Below are positions 28,633 to 41,700 of a stretch of 64,000 bases of DNA, one piece after another. The position numbers and the translations under genes were made by a program. The stretch is from Eledone cirrhosa. Taxonomy: Eukaryota. The stretch's first letter is position 1. Each line of letters begins with the position of its first letter. The stretch spans positions 177,878,001 through 177,942,000 of the forward strand of contig OZ024742.1 in NCBI GenBank assembly GCA_964016885.1. Reading direction: 5' to 3'. The notes under the pieces were generated by a model. The model was not told the DNA's origin, did no database searches, and worked only from the letters and a program-made list of their open reading frames with translations.

Positions 28633-28668
28633 CCAGTATTAATTTGTTTCGGGAAAACATAAAATTGT
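28551..28668. repeat. Inverted repeat (~38 bp arms) centred on a (TA)n run
   Basis: acaattttatgttttcctgaaacaaattaatactgg-(TA)n-ccagtattaatttgtttcgggaaaacataaaattgt, one mismatch. Confidence 0.9.
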
Positions 28669-31600
28669 GTTCATGCGATTTCTAGAGTGATCTTATCACG
28701 TTTTATAATCTTGATGGCAAAATAAGCATCCGATTTTGCTGAATTTACCGTCAAAGCAAACACAAATTATATTAGAATTATCCTTCAAAATCCCAAAGTT
28801 AATTCCACTGGAGTAATTTGCACTGCAGCCATTTATCTTTGAAGAAAATGCAAATGTCAATCTTGATAATTACCTTTTTATATCGCAACATTTACCATTT
28901 CGCTTTGTTAGAAAAGGGTGGAAAAAAAAACATTTAGCAAGCAATTAGTTTGTAATATGATGGCATACATTTTTTTTTAAACACAATTCAACATTCCATT
29001 TTAAAAAAGACGTCAACATTTCATTAAAAAATATTTCACATTTAGTTTTAAAAGACATCAATATTTGGGTGACAAATAGACCGTGCCACTAGAGCTTCGG
29101 ATAAAATTTCTTAATATTCCACACGGCTCGCGGCGCTTTTATTTTAAAATCTGTGGAGATCATCTATGCTTTTCATCCGTTCGAGGCTTTATAAATATCT
29201 ACCAATGAAGTGGCGGTTAATTGGCTGAATTATTAAAGGGTGATGTTTTTCACGTGATGTTTTTCACGTTTCAGCGCATTTTGCGTTCCAATTCCGCTTC
29301 TTTCTAACAGTAGTTGCAACGAACAGATATCAGAATGGAACGGTTCAAGAGAATATTTTTTAATTAATGAGATATGGTGATCGGCTTCTTTCGTTTATTC
29401 TTCCTTTTTTTTTTTTTTAAATTTCCTTGACATTTCCAAAGCTTAATGTGTATTTCCTCCGCATTACCATCCTCGGTTATACGTCGTCTATCTTTCCATG
29501 CAAGCATGGGTTATATAAAAACTGGAAATTATTCCAGTTTCGTGTGGTATTAAGGGACGAAGGGCACAAAACTCCTTTTTTTTTTGGCGCGGCGCCTGTA
29601 CATAGTAAGGTTATCACCAGCTTACATTGGTGTTCATTGTTAACTGAAATAACTGGAACAATGGGAACTGGAGTAACTTGCTCGAAAGTACTATATTCCC
29701 TCAACGTATCACCCAAGCGAAACCACGACCTTACGATCATGGGAATTACTCACAAACATCAACGCTGAGTGCACTCATAAATTGGCTTTCTAAATGTGTA
29801 GCCACTCCAAATCTCAAAGGTAACACGCCGAACGTTACTAGTTTTCAGAGTATTACACATCTCAATGTTTGAGGTGAGAATTATATCATACATGAGTCAT
29901 AATTTTACGTACATATTTAGATTTTATCACTGCACTTGTGAACTTTTCTAAACATATTTGATTCAATCGTGTATTGAATAACTCCAAATTCAAATTGTGA
30001 TGTTTGGGGATTTTTATTTGTGTTTTATAAAGCATATTCAATAATTTAATTCAGTATTTTTCTGCTTCAAAATCTGAGAGGAATTAGTGAAATATAATTT
30101 GCATTCAAAATTTTTAAAACTTTTCGGTTTTTAGCGGTTATATTTTTTTATTTCTATTCTACTCTTTCTAAACTTCTCTTTATTTTACATTTGCCATCCC
30201 TGGGCTCCCGTATTTATTATTCCCAATAATTAATTATGTCTAAAATAGGCTAAATTTCAAACATTTCTATATATAATATTGTACATCTAGGTACATCGCA
30301 ATTCTATTACCAATAATTCTGCAAGTAAAGCGGAATCTATGCTTCGCTGAAGCGGTGTAATACTACGGAGATTTGTCATGGGTTGACGTTTCTTCAACTC
30401 ATAATTATTTTCAAGATTATTGGATTGGCAGTATCGGTAGAGGGTCGGACGCCATGCTTTCGAGTATATCTATATAGGGATACCTGAAAACTAAATAGGG
30501 ATACCTGACAAGTAAATTGAAATATATACCCCGCATAATAAGGTCTAATAAGCTGGAATATGTAGTAATTTTACAGAATTACCGGAATAATGAAAACAAT
30601 ATTCCACATTTTTTTTTTAACACATATATTTCTACTCAGATTATTTGAATTCTGTACTAAACATGAAAAGATTAATTTGTCTATTGTTTTTTATGTTGAT
30701 GGTGTTTGTGTGAATGTTTTTTACAGTAATGTTATTCAATAAACACGTATATAATATATCTCGAAGTAAATTATTGTTTATTCTATGTGCATTAATATGT
30801 TTTTCAAATCGTTCTTCAGTCTTATTTTGAAAAGTATTTTCGATTATAAAATTTATAGAATTATTTCCTTCGTTTTCTTTTATTGTTTTCTTAATATATA
30901 TGTTTTTTAAATATATTCTAATATCTTAATGTGTTTTATACAATCTAAAGTCGCAAATGTTTAACTCAAAAGAAATGTAACTTTTTGACTCCTAACTCTT
31001 ACAAATGATTGAATACAACAAACTCCGATAAACTCAAAACATTGTTCTCATCGTTCTCTAAAAGAAATAAAAATAATTATTTTCTCTAAAATCTGTGAAA
31101 GTTGTTTACTCCATTTAGCTTTAAAGAACTCTGCTCAAAGGAAGGTCAACCTCTTCCTTTTCAAATATAAAAAAAACTATTACCCTCACAACACCTGATT
31201 ATTTCAAATCAATAAAATGTTGGAAAACTACTTTCTGTTTTTGTCAATAAAATTATAATATATATCTTTATTTATTAGTTTAATTTGTTTGAGTAAATCA
31301 TACATTTTAATATATTCAATATTTTTTCAATGTAGTTAAAAATTGTAATCAGGAAATGTTGATTTTTGTTTTTCTTAAAAGTATATTTTAGTAAGTAAAA
31401 TACGAAGAGGTGGTGCTTAATTAGAACTGACTTGCGGCCAAACCATAACAAAGGTATGGAGAGATGAATGGATAAATCGATAGATAGATGAGTGGAAGGA
31501 CAGGTTAATTTTAAACCTAGTGGAGTCTATCGCGCCTGGTTTCGTTCTACATTTTGCACAGACGTCGATTTCGTACGTTTGAGATCAATAAATAGAGTAG

Positions 31601-31686
31601 CAATCCAGTATTGGGGTCGATTTTCTCTTCACATTCTTTCTCTCTCGGTCTCGCTATCTCTCTTTATCTCTCTCTCTCTCTATATA

Positions 31687-31780
<94 letters not shown>

Positions 31781-31870
31781 AGGGGGGGGGGGTGACAATG
31801 TAGCAATTCTGGAGATATGGTAAAATTTGGGGCTTGAGTAGCGCATTTGTTCCGGTTACGAACATAAGTG

Positions 31871-31902
<32 letters not shown>

Positions 31903-31908
<6 letters not shown>

Positions 31909-32302
31909 GTTAAACAATATTCAATGATTATGTCAAAGAATGAGTTTTACAGTAGATTGGAAGCACTCAACGGTAAAATCATTTTCTGGAGTTATTAATA
32001 TTAAAATATAAGTATTAATAAAATAGATGTTCTTTTGATCAATTACATTTTATTATACATATTTCGGATGTACAACAGTACGAGACAAAATATAATGATA
32101 CTGACATACCCTGAGATGTTAGTTGGTTAAGATTTAATCAAGGTACCTTGATTAAATCTTAACCATTTAACATCTCAGGGTATGTCATGTATCATTATAT
32201 TTTGTCTGATGAGGACGTACTGTTGTACATCCGAAATATGTATAATAAAATGTGATTGATCAAAAGAACATCTATTTTATTAATACTTATATTTTAATAT
32301 TA
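31903..32302 (-). mobile_element. Fold-back PLE-like insertion: ~150 bp palindrome plus ~90 nt tail
   Basis: Centre aaggt|acctt at 32144/32145; the tail end is repeated at 32316-32368; (TA)n flanks. Confidence 0.82.
32198..32252 (+). ncRNA. Minimal type I hammerhead ribozyme
   Basis: tattttgt-CTGATGA (32206-32212)-ggacgtac tgtt gtacatcc-GAA-ATATGTAT-A-ataaaatg; AUA triplet; the mirror copy at ~32046-32092 has an 8-nt core deletion. Confidence 0.8.
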
Positions 32303-33592
32303 TATATATATATTATTAAAGTGTTAAACAATATTCAATGAGTATGTCAAAGAAAGTATGTCAAAGAAATATATATATATATATGGAAGAAATCAGAGTT
32401 TCAATCTGAAGATAGATTGGCTGCGACATATTTAGAATGTTCAAGCCATATTGTGTTTCGGGGCGGCGCTCCTACATGTTTTTAACGAACTAACGTGTCT
32501 TTAATTTGATATTTTAAGGAGGATCTTTCACTTCGTGTTATGTCGAGCGGTGAGCAATTGTAACATGCTTTCATACTCTCCAGAAATTTTACTGTAAAGA
32601 TACTTGATGCCGCTTTAAAATAAATATTCTGTTTTTGGTGAACTTTCTTCAGAAAATGATTTCTAGGGAAGGCTTTATCATATCATATTTTACAGAGTTT
32701 GGTGTGTACATCCCTTCCAGTAGTTGACTGGAACTATATTTTATCGAACCCGGAGAAATGAAAGCATATTTGAACTGATGCTTAAATTCAACAATTCAAG
32801 AATATTTTATTGTCTAAAGTTATTGTACAACCCTATCCACAATATGAATAGTATTAATCCGAAACTCCCAAGAAAGATGGTTGTCAATGAAAAATGAAAA
32901 GCATAATTGAAATGATGCTTAAATCTATCAATTCAAGACATTATTGAATATAATATTTTATTTTACAAAGCGATTTTACAATCTTATCCACAACATATGA
33001 GTATTATTAATACGAAACTACCAAGATATATTTCTGTAAATTGGATGGATTTTCTTTCAGGAAGGAAACTGGATTTTCATGGACTTATTTCAATTAATAT
33101 TTTTTCTGTGCAAATTTCTCTATTTACATGAAATCAGGCATTTTAAGTAATGAAGTAACACACAAAAGAATACGATAGCAGAAGCTTTGATTTCCGGAAC
33201 CCTGTTTGGTTTCTCTCAATCGACAAAGAAATACATAAATTATGAATCCAGGAGGAATTATCTATGTTGCATTTAAAAACTTAATCACGGAAGCTTTTAT
33301 ATAAGATGAAGACTTCTTTTTGTTGATTCTTAAACATTTGGAAAAGGAAAGTTCCATTCAGTGATAAATTGACTGGCACTTACAAAAATGGATTTCCTTA
33401 ATTGAAACGAAAGTATTTAGGATGCATTGAATTAAATAGTTATTAATGGAGTTTTGTGTGGAAAATAAAACAGGAAGTAATAAAAGAAAAACTCTTGTTT
33501 TTTTATATATAGTTGTGTTATGTTTGAGTGTATATATGTATATATATATATATATTGTAGATATGTATATACTCATATATATATATATATAT

Positions 33593-33657
<65 letters not shown>

Positions 33658-33692
33658 AGATATGTATATACTCATATATATATTGTATATAT

Positions 33693-33819
<127 letters not shown>

Positions 33820-34212
33820 ATATATTATAAATATACACATATATACCATACATATATATTGATACATAAATATATATTATATATGTGTCTGTGTGCGTGT
33901 GTGTGTATGTGCGCGTGTGTGTTTTAATGCAGTTAACATTTTGTGCCAAAGTGGGAATCATTTTGCTTTAATTTACTTTAAATTTATCTAAGAGCAGGGT
34001 TTATTTATAGTATTTGTTTAGATTGGAAACATTAGACTCATTGGAAACATAATGATGATTTCTCTTTGCGCTTATAAAGAATAAAAGGATCACATGTTTT
34101 GAGTTTTGATTTAACTTTTCATAGGAGAGAAGAATATTAGATCAAATCTATAATGTATGATTTTAATGTTTTCTTAACACATTAGCATCATTTTGTTATT
34201 AATTTCCTCTTA

Positions 34213-34390
34213 TATGGGCTAGTGGGTAGGTTGATGAGCTCACGATTATAAGGTCATAGGTTCGAATTCTGGTGTGGGCGGCACGTTGTGATGGTGAACA
34301 CAATATTTTAGTTTCACGCTGGTTTTTCTTCTAGAATTTGTAAACTGTAGATATGTTGCTCCCTCTGCCTATCGTGGCGAGCAGCTGAAA
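34213..34390 (+). mobile_element. Degenerate SINE family B copy
   Basis: tRNA-like head with ggttcgaattc B box. Confidence 0.45.
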
Positions 34391-34767
34391 ACAGTATGCT
34401 CCAATGAAAAGACTAATAGAAACATTGTTTCCTTTATCCAATCTGATATTCGGCACTTTCCTTTCTTTTTTTATTCCATTTCATCATACACATCTACACT
34501 ATATAAGTGATTCCAAACCTCTTTCGTCTCATGTCCTTCTTTGATATTACAAAACAATGGTGCCCCATCATGATCTCACAATTTAGTATAGAATATAGTA
34601 TATACCATAGTATAAGCATATCATACAACATAGTATAAAGGCATATTATATGACATAGTGTATAAGCCGCATGTTCCACATTTAGAAGCACAGTTTGTTT
34701 CTATCATAGGTAAAAGGTGGTATATTGGGATTTAGTAGAAGAGAGGACATCAATTCAATATAATCAT

Positions 34768-34948
34768 AATTGTTTCTACTTTTTGCACAATGCCAGCAAT
34801 TATCCCAGTGTATTACTGGTACTTTATTTTATCGACCCCGTAAGAATGAAAGGCAAAGTTAACCTCGGCGGAATTTGAACTCAGACCATAAAGGGCCGTA
34901 ACTCTTTGCTACAAAGCATTGCGTCCGACCCTCTACTGATACTGCCAA
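34768..34948 (-). mobile_element. tRNA-derived SINE family A with ~15 bp TSD
   Basis: On the minus strand: tggcagtatc A box, gagttcaaattcc B box, gcctttcat...ggggtcgataaaataaagtaccag; flanked by caatata(a/g)tcataat. Confidence 0.85.
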
Positions 34949-35938
34949 TCAATATAGTCATAATGACGAGCGGTCCGCAAGAGGTAGCTGTCGAACGTGC
35001 CCGAAATCGGACGCTGTCGTCTCAGAAATGAAGAGACCCATCATCATTTTTCTCCTCCTCATCATCATCATCATCGTCGTCGTCATCATCACCATCATTA
35101 TCATCATCGTCGTCATCACCATCATCATAACGTGTCATATTCTGCCAAAAAACCTCGAGGATGACATATTTCATCTGTGATACAGAGAATGTGTTTGTTT
35201 GGAGGAAAACGAGACAATTATTGATTCCTTACGACCTTTACGCGGAGGTCTGCAATCTGTTCTGGGAGACAGAGAAGCACGAATCATTTCCAGTACTAAA
35301 TCACAGTTCAATAAAGCAGTGGTTAGATCTACCTTTAGGAACCTATGCCCAATATTTTCATTAGATGCAATACCAGCTGAAATACAATAAATACGTAAAC
35401 ATACGCCCTCGTCCATATGGTGTAAGTTATGTAAGCCTTGATCCATATGTATTACATTGCAGATCTAAAACCTATATTATGGATATATTTATAAGAATAA
35501 ATATGTGTATGGAAGAATAATCAATGCTCAGACATGGTAAAGTATAGAATAACTTGTAGGAACAGAAAAGATAAGGGTTATGATCAGGAAACATTAAGTT
35601 GTCATTGCTACTGGATTTTCTGATTTCGAAACTCTCTTTATGTAAGTTGTCCATTAATCATTCTTTTTTTTAAAATCTAATATGTATTGTAACTGGATGT
35701 CGGATGGTCAAATTCCTAGTCTATGATCGTGGTGTGGTTACTGTGTTAATAAATGAGTTGAGCAATATATAATATAGCGAAAACGCCAAAACTAAAAACA
35801 AAAAGAAAGAAAACAAAAAGATGTTATTCAATACAAAATATAAAGGTGAAAAAACATTGGTCTGTAACATTGCTTAATGCAGAACTAAACCCAGTTATTG
35901 CATATATGTGAAATAACAGAGGAAGCTAATATATATAT

Positions 35939-36003
<65 letters not shown>

Positions 36004-36005
<2 letters not shown>

Positions 36006-37239
36006 TTTCTTTATTGGCCACAAGGGTTTACATCAAGAAAAACATTACAGACGTCACAGGACGGTACAGGACGGTACGATGTTGGTTTTGTGGGTGTAAA
36101 GATTTTTATTATTTATATAGGCACAAGGCCAGCAATTACCCAGTAAAGTACCAGTAATGCACTGGGTAATTGCTGGCCTTGTGCCTAAAGTAGAAACAAT
36201 TATTTATATAAGAAAAGAAAAAGAAAAAGACATAGAAACATATATATATATAAACAATAAAAATGAAAATCGAAACAATAAAAAATTCCCCAAGAGGGGG
36301 CAAACCCCCGAGGGTTACTCGTGGCGAAAGCCACACAAAAGACCACGGCCACCCTGACCACCGGGGCAGGCGCCCTCTCTCAATTTTTCCATTTCTCAAA
36401 CTACAGGCGTATATTCAGAGCGGTCCCGTTCACTCGGACCATTTCTTGCTATATTCACCCACCATTCAACAAACTTGCTAGAAGGCATCACTTGCCTCTC
36501 CACCATGATTTTCTTCTTCAATTGAAACTTGAAAAAGTTAATTAGGGATTCTGTCTTTAACCCTTTCAACCTTGTCCATCATACAATCTCTTTCGCCATG
36601 GCCACCAGGCAGATGAAAACCGCCTGCACTTCCCCCTCGAAGGAAGACGGCGAGACCATCTGCACAATGGACTCAGTCGATAACCGGATCAGTCCTACAC
36701 GCGACAGCAACTGTTCGACATAGCTCCACAAGTCAGCAATGCTCGGACACTGAACGAGTGTGTGCACGACGGTTTCGTCGCTCTGCGCGCATCTCGAACA
36801 GGCTCGGCTGACGGCACTTCCGTGCCTGTAGAGCTTATCTCGAACCGACAGCGCTCCCCGGTAGCACTGCCAGGCCAGGGATTTTGGGAAGTTATCCATA
36901 GGCCCCGGGCTGAAAGTTCTCCGAAGAGAACAAAGAGCTGATTTTATTCGACGCCCAGGATCTCTCCGAGAATGCCGTCGCTCTTCCCCTCTACTAGTCC
37001 TCTGTAGAACGCCGAGGTGGATATTCCACCGATACTGGTGCCCAGCTGGCAGAGGGCAGTGAGCGCCTGGAGACATTCCAGTTTCCAAGCGCTATCCCTC
37101 GGTCTTTTGCTGACCAGGACTGCAGCTCCGTCAAGGAGCTGTGGGAAAACGTGCCTGGCGAACGGCGACCACACGTATTCACCATCGAGGAAGCACCAGA
37201 GATGTCGCAGCCTCAGCGCATGTTTGCCCATCATCAGCC

Positions 37240-37240
<1 letters not shown>
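36004..37240 (-). mobile_element. 5'-truncated L1/Tx1-clade non-LTR retrotransposon, 3' end
   Basis: C-terminal CCHC region LAWQCYRGALSVRDKL...CSRCAQSDETVVHTLVQC..LW; AATAAA just before the 3' end; both junctions are (ATT)n. Confidence 0.78.
36118..36203 (+). mobile_element. SINE A 3' fragment with a 27-bp fold-back arm and 12-bp TSD, inserted in the Tx1 3' UTR
   Basis: taggcacaaggccagcaattacccagt ... actgggtaattgctggccttgtgccta; attatttatata on both sides. Confidence 0.8.
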
Positions 37241-37291
<51 letters not shown>

Positions 37292-37814
37292 GTGCAAAGT
37301 AAACAATCTACCACATTCTGAGAAATGGTATGAGCATAGGCCAGAGGCGGTGATGGAGAACAGTCAGGTGAAGGTGCTGTGGGATTTTAGGATACAGACG
37401 GACAAAAAACTGGAACACAATAGACCTGACCTGGTGGTTGTGGACAAAGAAAAAAGATCGTGCCTGATTGTGGATGTGGCCTGCCCGTTCGACACGAGAG
37501 TGCAAGAGAAGGAGAGGGAGAAAATTAACCGATACCAGGACCTAAAGTGGGAGGTGAAAAGGATTTGGAACTGCCATGAAGTCAAAGTGATCCCGATTGT
37601 CATAGGCGCACTGGGGACTATCTCCAAAGGTTTCCAGGGATGGTTAAAGAAAATCGGCCCCTTCACGCTTTTTGGAACGCTTCAAAAGGCATGCTTGCTT
37701 GGAACAGCAAGAACCCTCCGATACGTCCTGAATATCTGAGGCTGCAGGTAGTGGCTTGATATTCAATCCAACGGACTTTCCAGTTAACCAACATCAATGA
37801 CTGAGATTCAAGGA
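37292..37814 (+). mobile_element. R4/Dong-clade element, copy A (5'-truncated, endonuclease region only)
   Basis: RPDLVV..LIVDVACP..EKINRYQDL; (TAA)n on both sides. Confidence 0.92.
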
Positions 37815-37825
37815 ATAACAATAAC

Positions 37826-37866
<41 letters not shown>

Positions 37867-38750
37867 TTCAACTTTGTATTGTACACTGTATATCCAAAAA
37901 AATAAAATGGCTATAAATGGAAGAAGAAGAACCCCCCCCCCCTCCTCTCCTCTGGCTACACTATATAGGACAGCTAAACTCACCAACACCAGAAACTAGA
38001 TACACCACCCACCCCATCATCTGTGTACACTAAACACAACAGCATTTACACCTTCACCGCCACCGCTCACTACGGCCATCATTACCACCACTATCCCATC
38101 ACCGCCGCCACCACCCCTTGACTCCTTCACTGCTGCTGCCACCGCTACAGCACCATCACTACAGTAATACGGTCGCATCACCGCCACCACTGCCTCGGTA
38201 TCGACATCACCACCACCACTGTCTCAGTATCGCCAACGCCGCCATTCTCTGCTGGCTGCCACTTCCACATTATAGAATTCCTACTACTAACAAAGAGGAA
38301 GGCATCAAAATATATAGATAGACTCAAAAGAAAAAAGAAAAAACAAACAACAAAACCAAAGCAGCACAGCAACAACAGCAAAAAACGAGAAAAACAAACA
38401 GAGAAAAACAAAAACAAAAAAAGAATCCCCAAAAACGTAAAGAAAATAAGAATGAAGAGAGAAGCAAGCGGACGGACAGAGAAGAGGGGGGGGGGAGTAA
38501 AACTTAAAAAACAAAAACTAAGTCAGACATTCGAATACTACATTACAATGAAACTTATGCTTATTCATTTTTGGGGCCCTTTCTGCCCGTGTGTTTGTTT
38601 GTCTATGTGTGTTCGTATACAGCGTGGTGATAATGCCACACAAGGGCCAAGTGGGATGGCGGATCCACAGATGGCTATGTAAACATACATTCGCCAATCC
38701 TCGATAAGAGTGTTTAAATATCGAACATAAACAGTTCGAATAACGGTGAA

Positions 38751-41700
38751 ATGGAGACTAGAACGTCATGTGACAGACTCTCACCCAACAGGTGCCCCCT
38801 GGCTCAGCAGCAGGAACCTGACTGTCAACCAAATACTGCTGATGTTGGAGGAAGAAGAGGAAGGAAAGGGGCCAGAACCAACTGGACGAAAGAATTGAAT
38901 AGAACTGTTATGCAATGCTACCTGAAAAGTAACCCCAAGGAGAGGGGCTACAGGAGACGGATGCATAACATCTGGAACGAGATTGGTTTATTTAAATTAG
39001 ATGAACAAAAATTGGCCGGGCAGGCTCGGGTAATAAGAACTAATGGGTGGATAAGCGAGCTGGAACTGGAGGAACTGAGCAGAGAGAATGGCTTGGAGAT
39101 GGCGGGTGTAGTATGCCAGACAAGCGAGCCGGCGGGAAATGAAGGTGAGGAGGTCCTGAGAACGGAGGAACCACCCGAAGCAGACAATGATCTGAATACT
39201 GAGATAAATAATACCTGGAACAAAAATACGGCCACTGAGGAGATGAATGCTGACGGGCTAGGACAAGATTCGGTTGACATCCTAAATTTAGTGGTAGATG
39301 AGTTGAACAATGATAGTGGGAGACCTATGAACCTAAGATTTGTAGACAGGAAAAAGTTAAAAGAAACAACAGCTAAGGTAAACAAAGTCATCCCATACCT
39401 TGAGGCGAGGAGTCTTCACCAGTGCAACAATATCCTCAAAGCAACAGCAAATACGGTGAGGAAACTACTTGGTATAAAAGCGAGAGGAAACAACAGACAA
39501 GAAAGAGCAGAGCCGTGGTGGAAGAAGCGACTGAGTGGGCAAATCGGGGAAATGAGAAATGACATAGGAAAGCTTGAGTCACTACTGAATGGGACACTAA
39601 AAAACATAGGCACTAAAAATAGACTGGAAATAAAATACAAAACTAGGAGTAAAAAGCTAAATATTATCATAGAGGAATTGAAGCAACGCATTGTAGCAAA
39701 GAGTGCCAAAATCAGGCGATACGAGAACAGAGTCAGTCAGTATAAACAGAACCGCATGTTCGACAACAACCAGAAGATGCTGTTTGGACAGCTTGAGGGG
39801 AAAGAAAGAGGCAACGACTTGATCCCTGGGGCGGAACAAGCTAAAACATTCTGGAGAGGAATATGGGAGCAGGATGTTAGACACAATGCCCAGGCAGGGT
39901 GGATTGAGACAGTACAGAGGGAGATCGGTGAGCAGGCACAACAACAGACTGATTTGAGTATCACAGTTGAAACTCTTAAGGGGCAAGCCAAAAAACTAAC
40001 CAACTGGAAATCACCAGGCCCAGATGGTGTGCAGGGGTATTGGATTAAACATTTAACATCCCTCCACCCGAAGCTGACGACCATGTTCAATGACTGCTTG
40101 GTGTCGGGTGAGGTGCCAGAGTGGTTGACAAAAGGTACCACAGTTCTGATAATGAAAGACCGAATCAAGGGTAATGATGTTACCAACTATAGACCTATCA
40201 CATGTCTGCCCGTAATGTGGAAACTGTTGACGAGCATTGTGTCTGAGGAAATCTACCATCACCTCCACACAAACAACTTGTTACCGGACGAACAGAAAGG
40301 ATGCCGAAAGAAGTCACGTGGTACAAAGGACCAGTTGCTTATTGATAAGATGGTAATGGGGAATTGCAGGAGGAGACACACAGATCTTGCCATGGGATGG
40401 ATAGACTACAGAAAGGCATTTGACATGGTGCCTCATTCCTGGATCACCAAAAGCCTGGAGATCTTCAGGGTGGCAGATAACATCAGACAGTTGCTGGACA
40501 GGAGTATGGGGTCCTGGGAGACAGAGTTGACATCAACTGGAGTATCCTTGGGAAGCGTGAAGATCAAGAGAGGTATCTTCCAGGGAGATAGCCTGTCCAC
40601 TCTGTTGTTTGTCCTTGCCCTGATGCCCTTGACCATTATGCTGCGAAAAGTGAGAGCAGGATACAAGTTGGGAAGGGGAGAGCTTACCATCAATCACCTC
40701 CTCTTCATGGACGATCTTAAGCTCTTCGGGAAAAGTGAGAAGGAGTTGGATGTGCTTGTTGACACTGTCCGTATTTTCAGCAGTGATATATGTATGCAGT
40801 TTGGTATTGGTAAATGTGGAGTCATTGTGATGAAGAGGGGTAGGTTGAGCAGAGTAACGGGATCCAGATACCAACAGGTGAGATGATAAAGGAAATTGAC
40901 TCTGAGGAAGGATACAAGTATTTGGGCGTTCTGGAGGCTGATGGCATAAAGAACAAAAAATGAAGGAATTGTTAAGAACTGAATACATTCGGAGAGTAAG
41001 GAGCGTATTGAAGTCACATCTGAACAGCAGAAATGCCATAAGCGCAGTAAATTCCCGAGCTGTGTCTATTATTAGGTACAGTGCGGGAATTCTGAGATGG
41101 AATGTTGCTGAACAAAAAGAAATGGATAGGAAGACTAGGAAGATATTGACTATCTACAACATGTTCCACAAGAGGAGTGATGTCGATAGACTCTACCTAA
41201 GGAGATCTGAGGGTGGAAGAGGTCTTATCAGAGTAGAGGACTGTGTTCAGATGGAGAAAAACAACCTATACAAATACGTGACCTATAGTAAGGAGCCAAT
41301 GCTCAGAGCTGTACTGAAGGAGGGGACAGTAGGCCAGGGGATATCCAAGGAGGAAATAACATCAAGGAGGAAGAGCAGCCTTAAGGGAAAATCCCTTCAT
41401 AGTACCTTTTTTGAGAAAACTGAATTTAGAGATCCACAGACATGGAACTGGTTGAGAAGAGGAGACCTCAAAAAGGCTACAGAAGGAATGCTAATGGCTG
41501 CGCAGGAGCAGGCCCTCAAAACGAAGTGGTTGAAGCACCATATCTACAAGGAGGAGGCTAGCCCACTGTGCAGGATCTGTGGAGAGAGAGAGGAGACCGT
41601 GGCTCACATTGTGTCCGAGTGTAAACACCTAGCCCAGACCCACTATAAGGGCTGGAGACACGATGTGATGGGCAGGGTGATCCACTGGCACCTGTGCAAA

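Noticed and set aside
32761-33026. Diverged ~135 bp tandem duplication (similar ones at 54495-54730 and 1870-2155)
   Set aside because: Real but ordinary local duplications with no sign of function
35161-35470. Short overlapping ORFs, possible TE fragment
   Set aside because: No motif I can assign
37017-37739. 240 aa ORF with poly-Asn as a novel fusion protein
   Set aside because: Chance read-through of antisense Tx1, (AAT)n and Dong copy A
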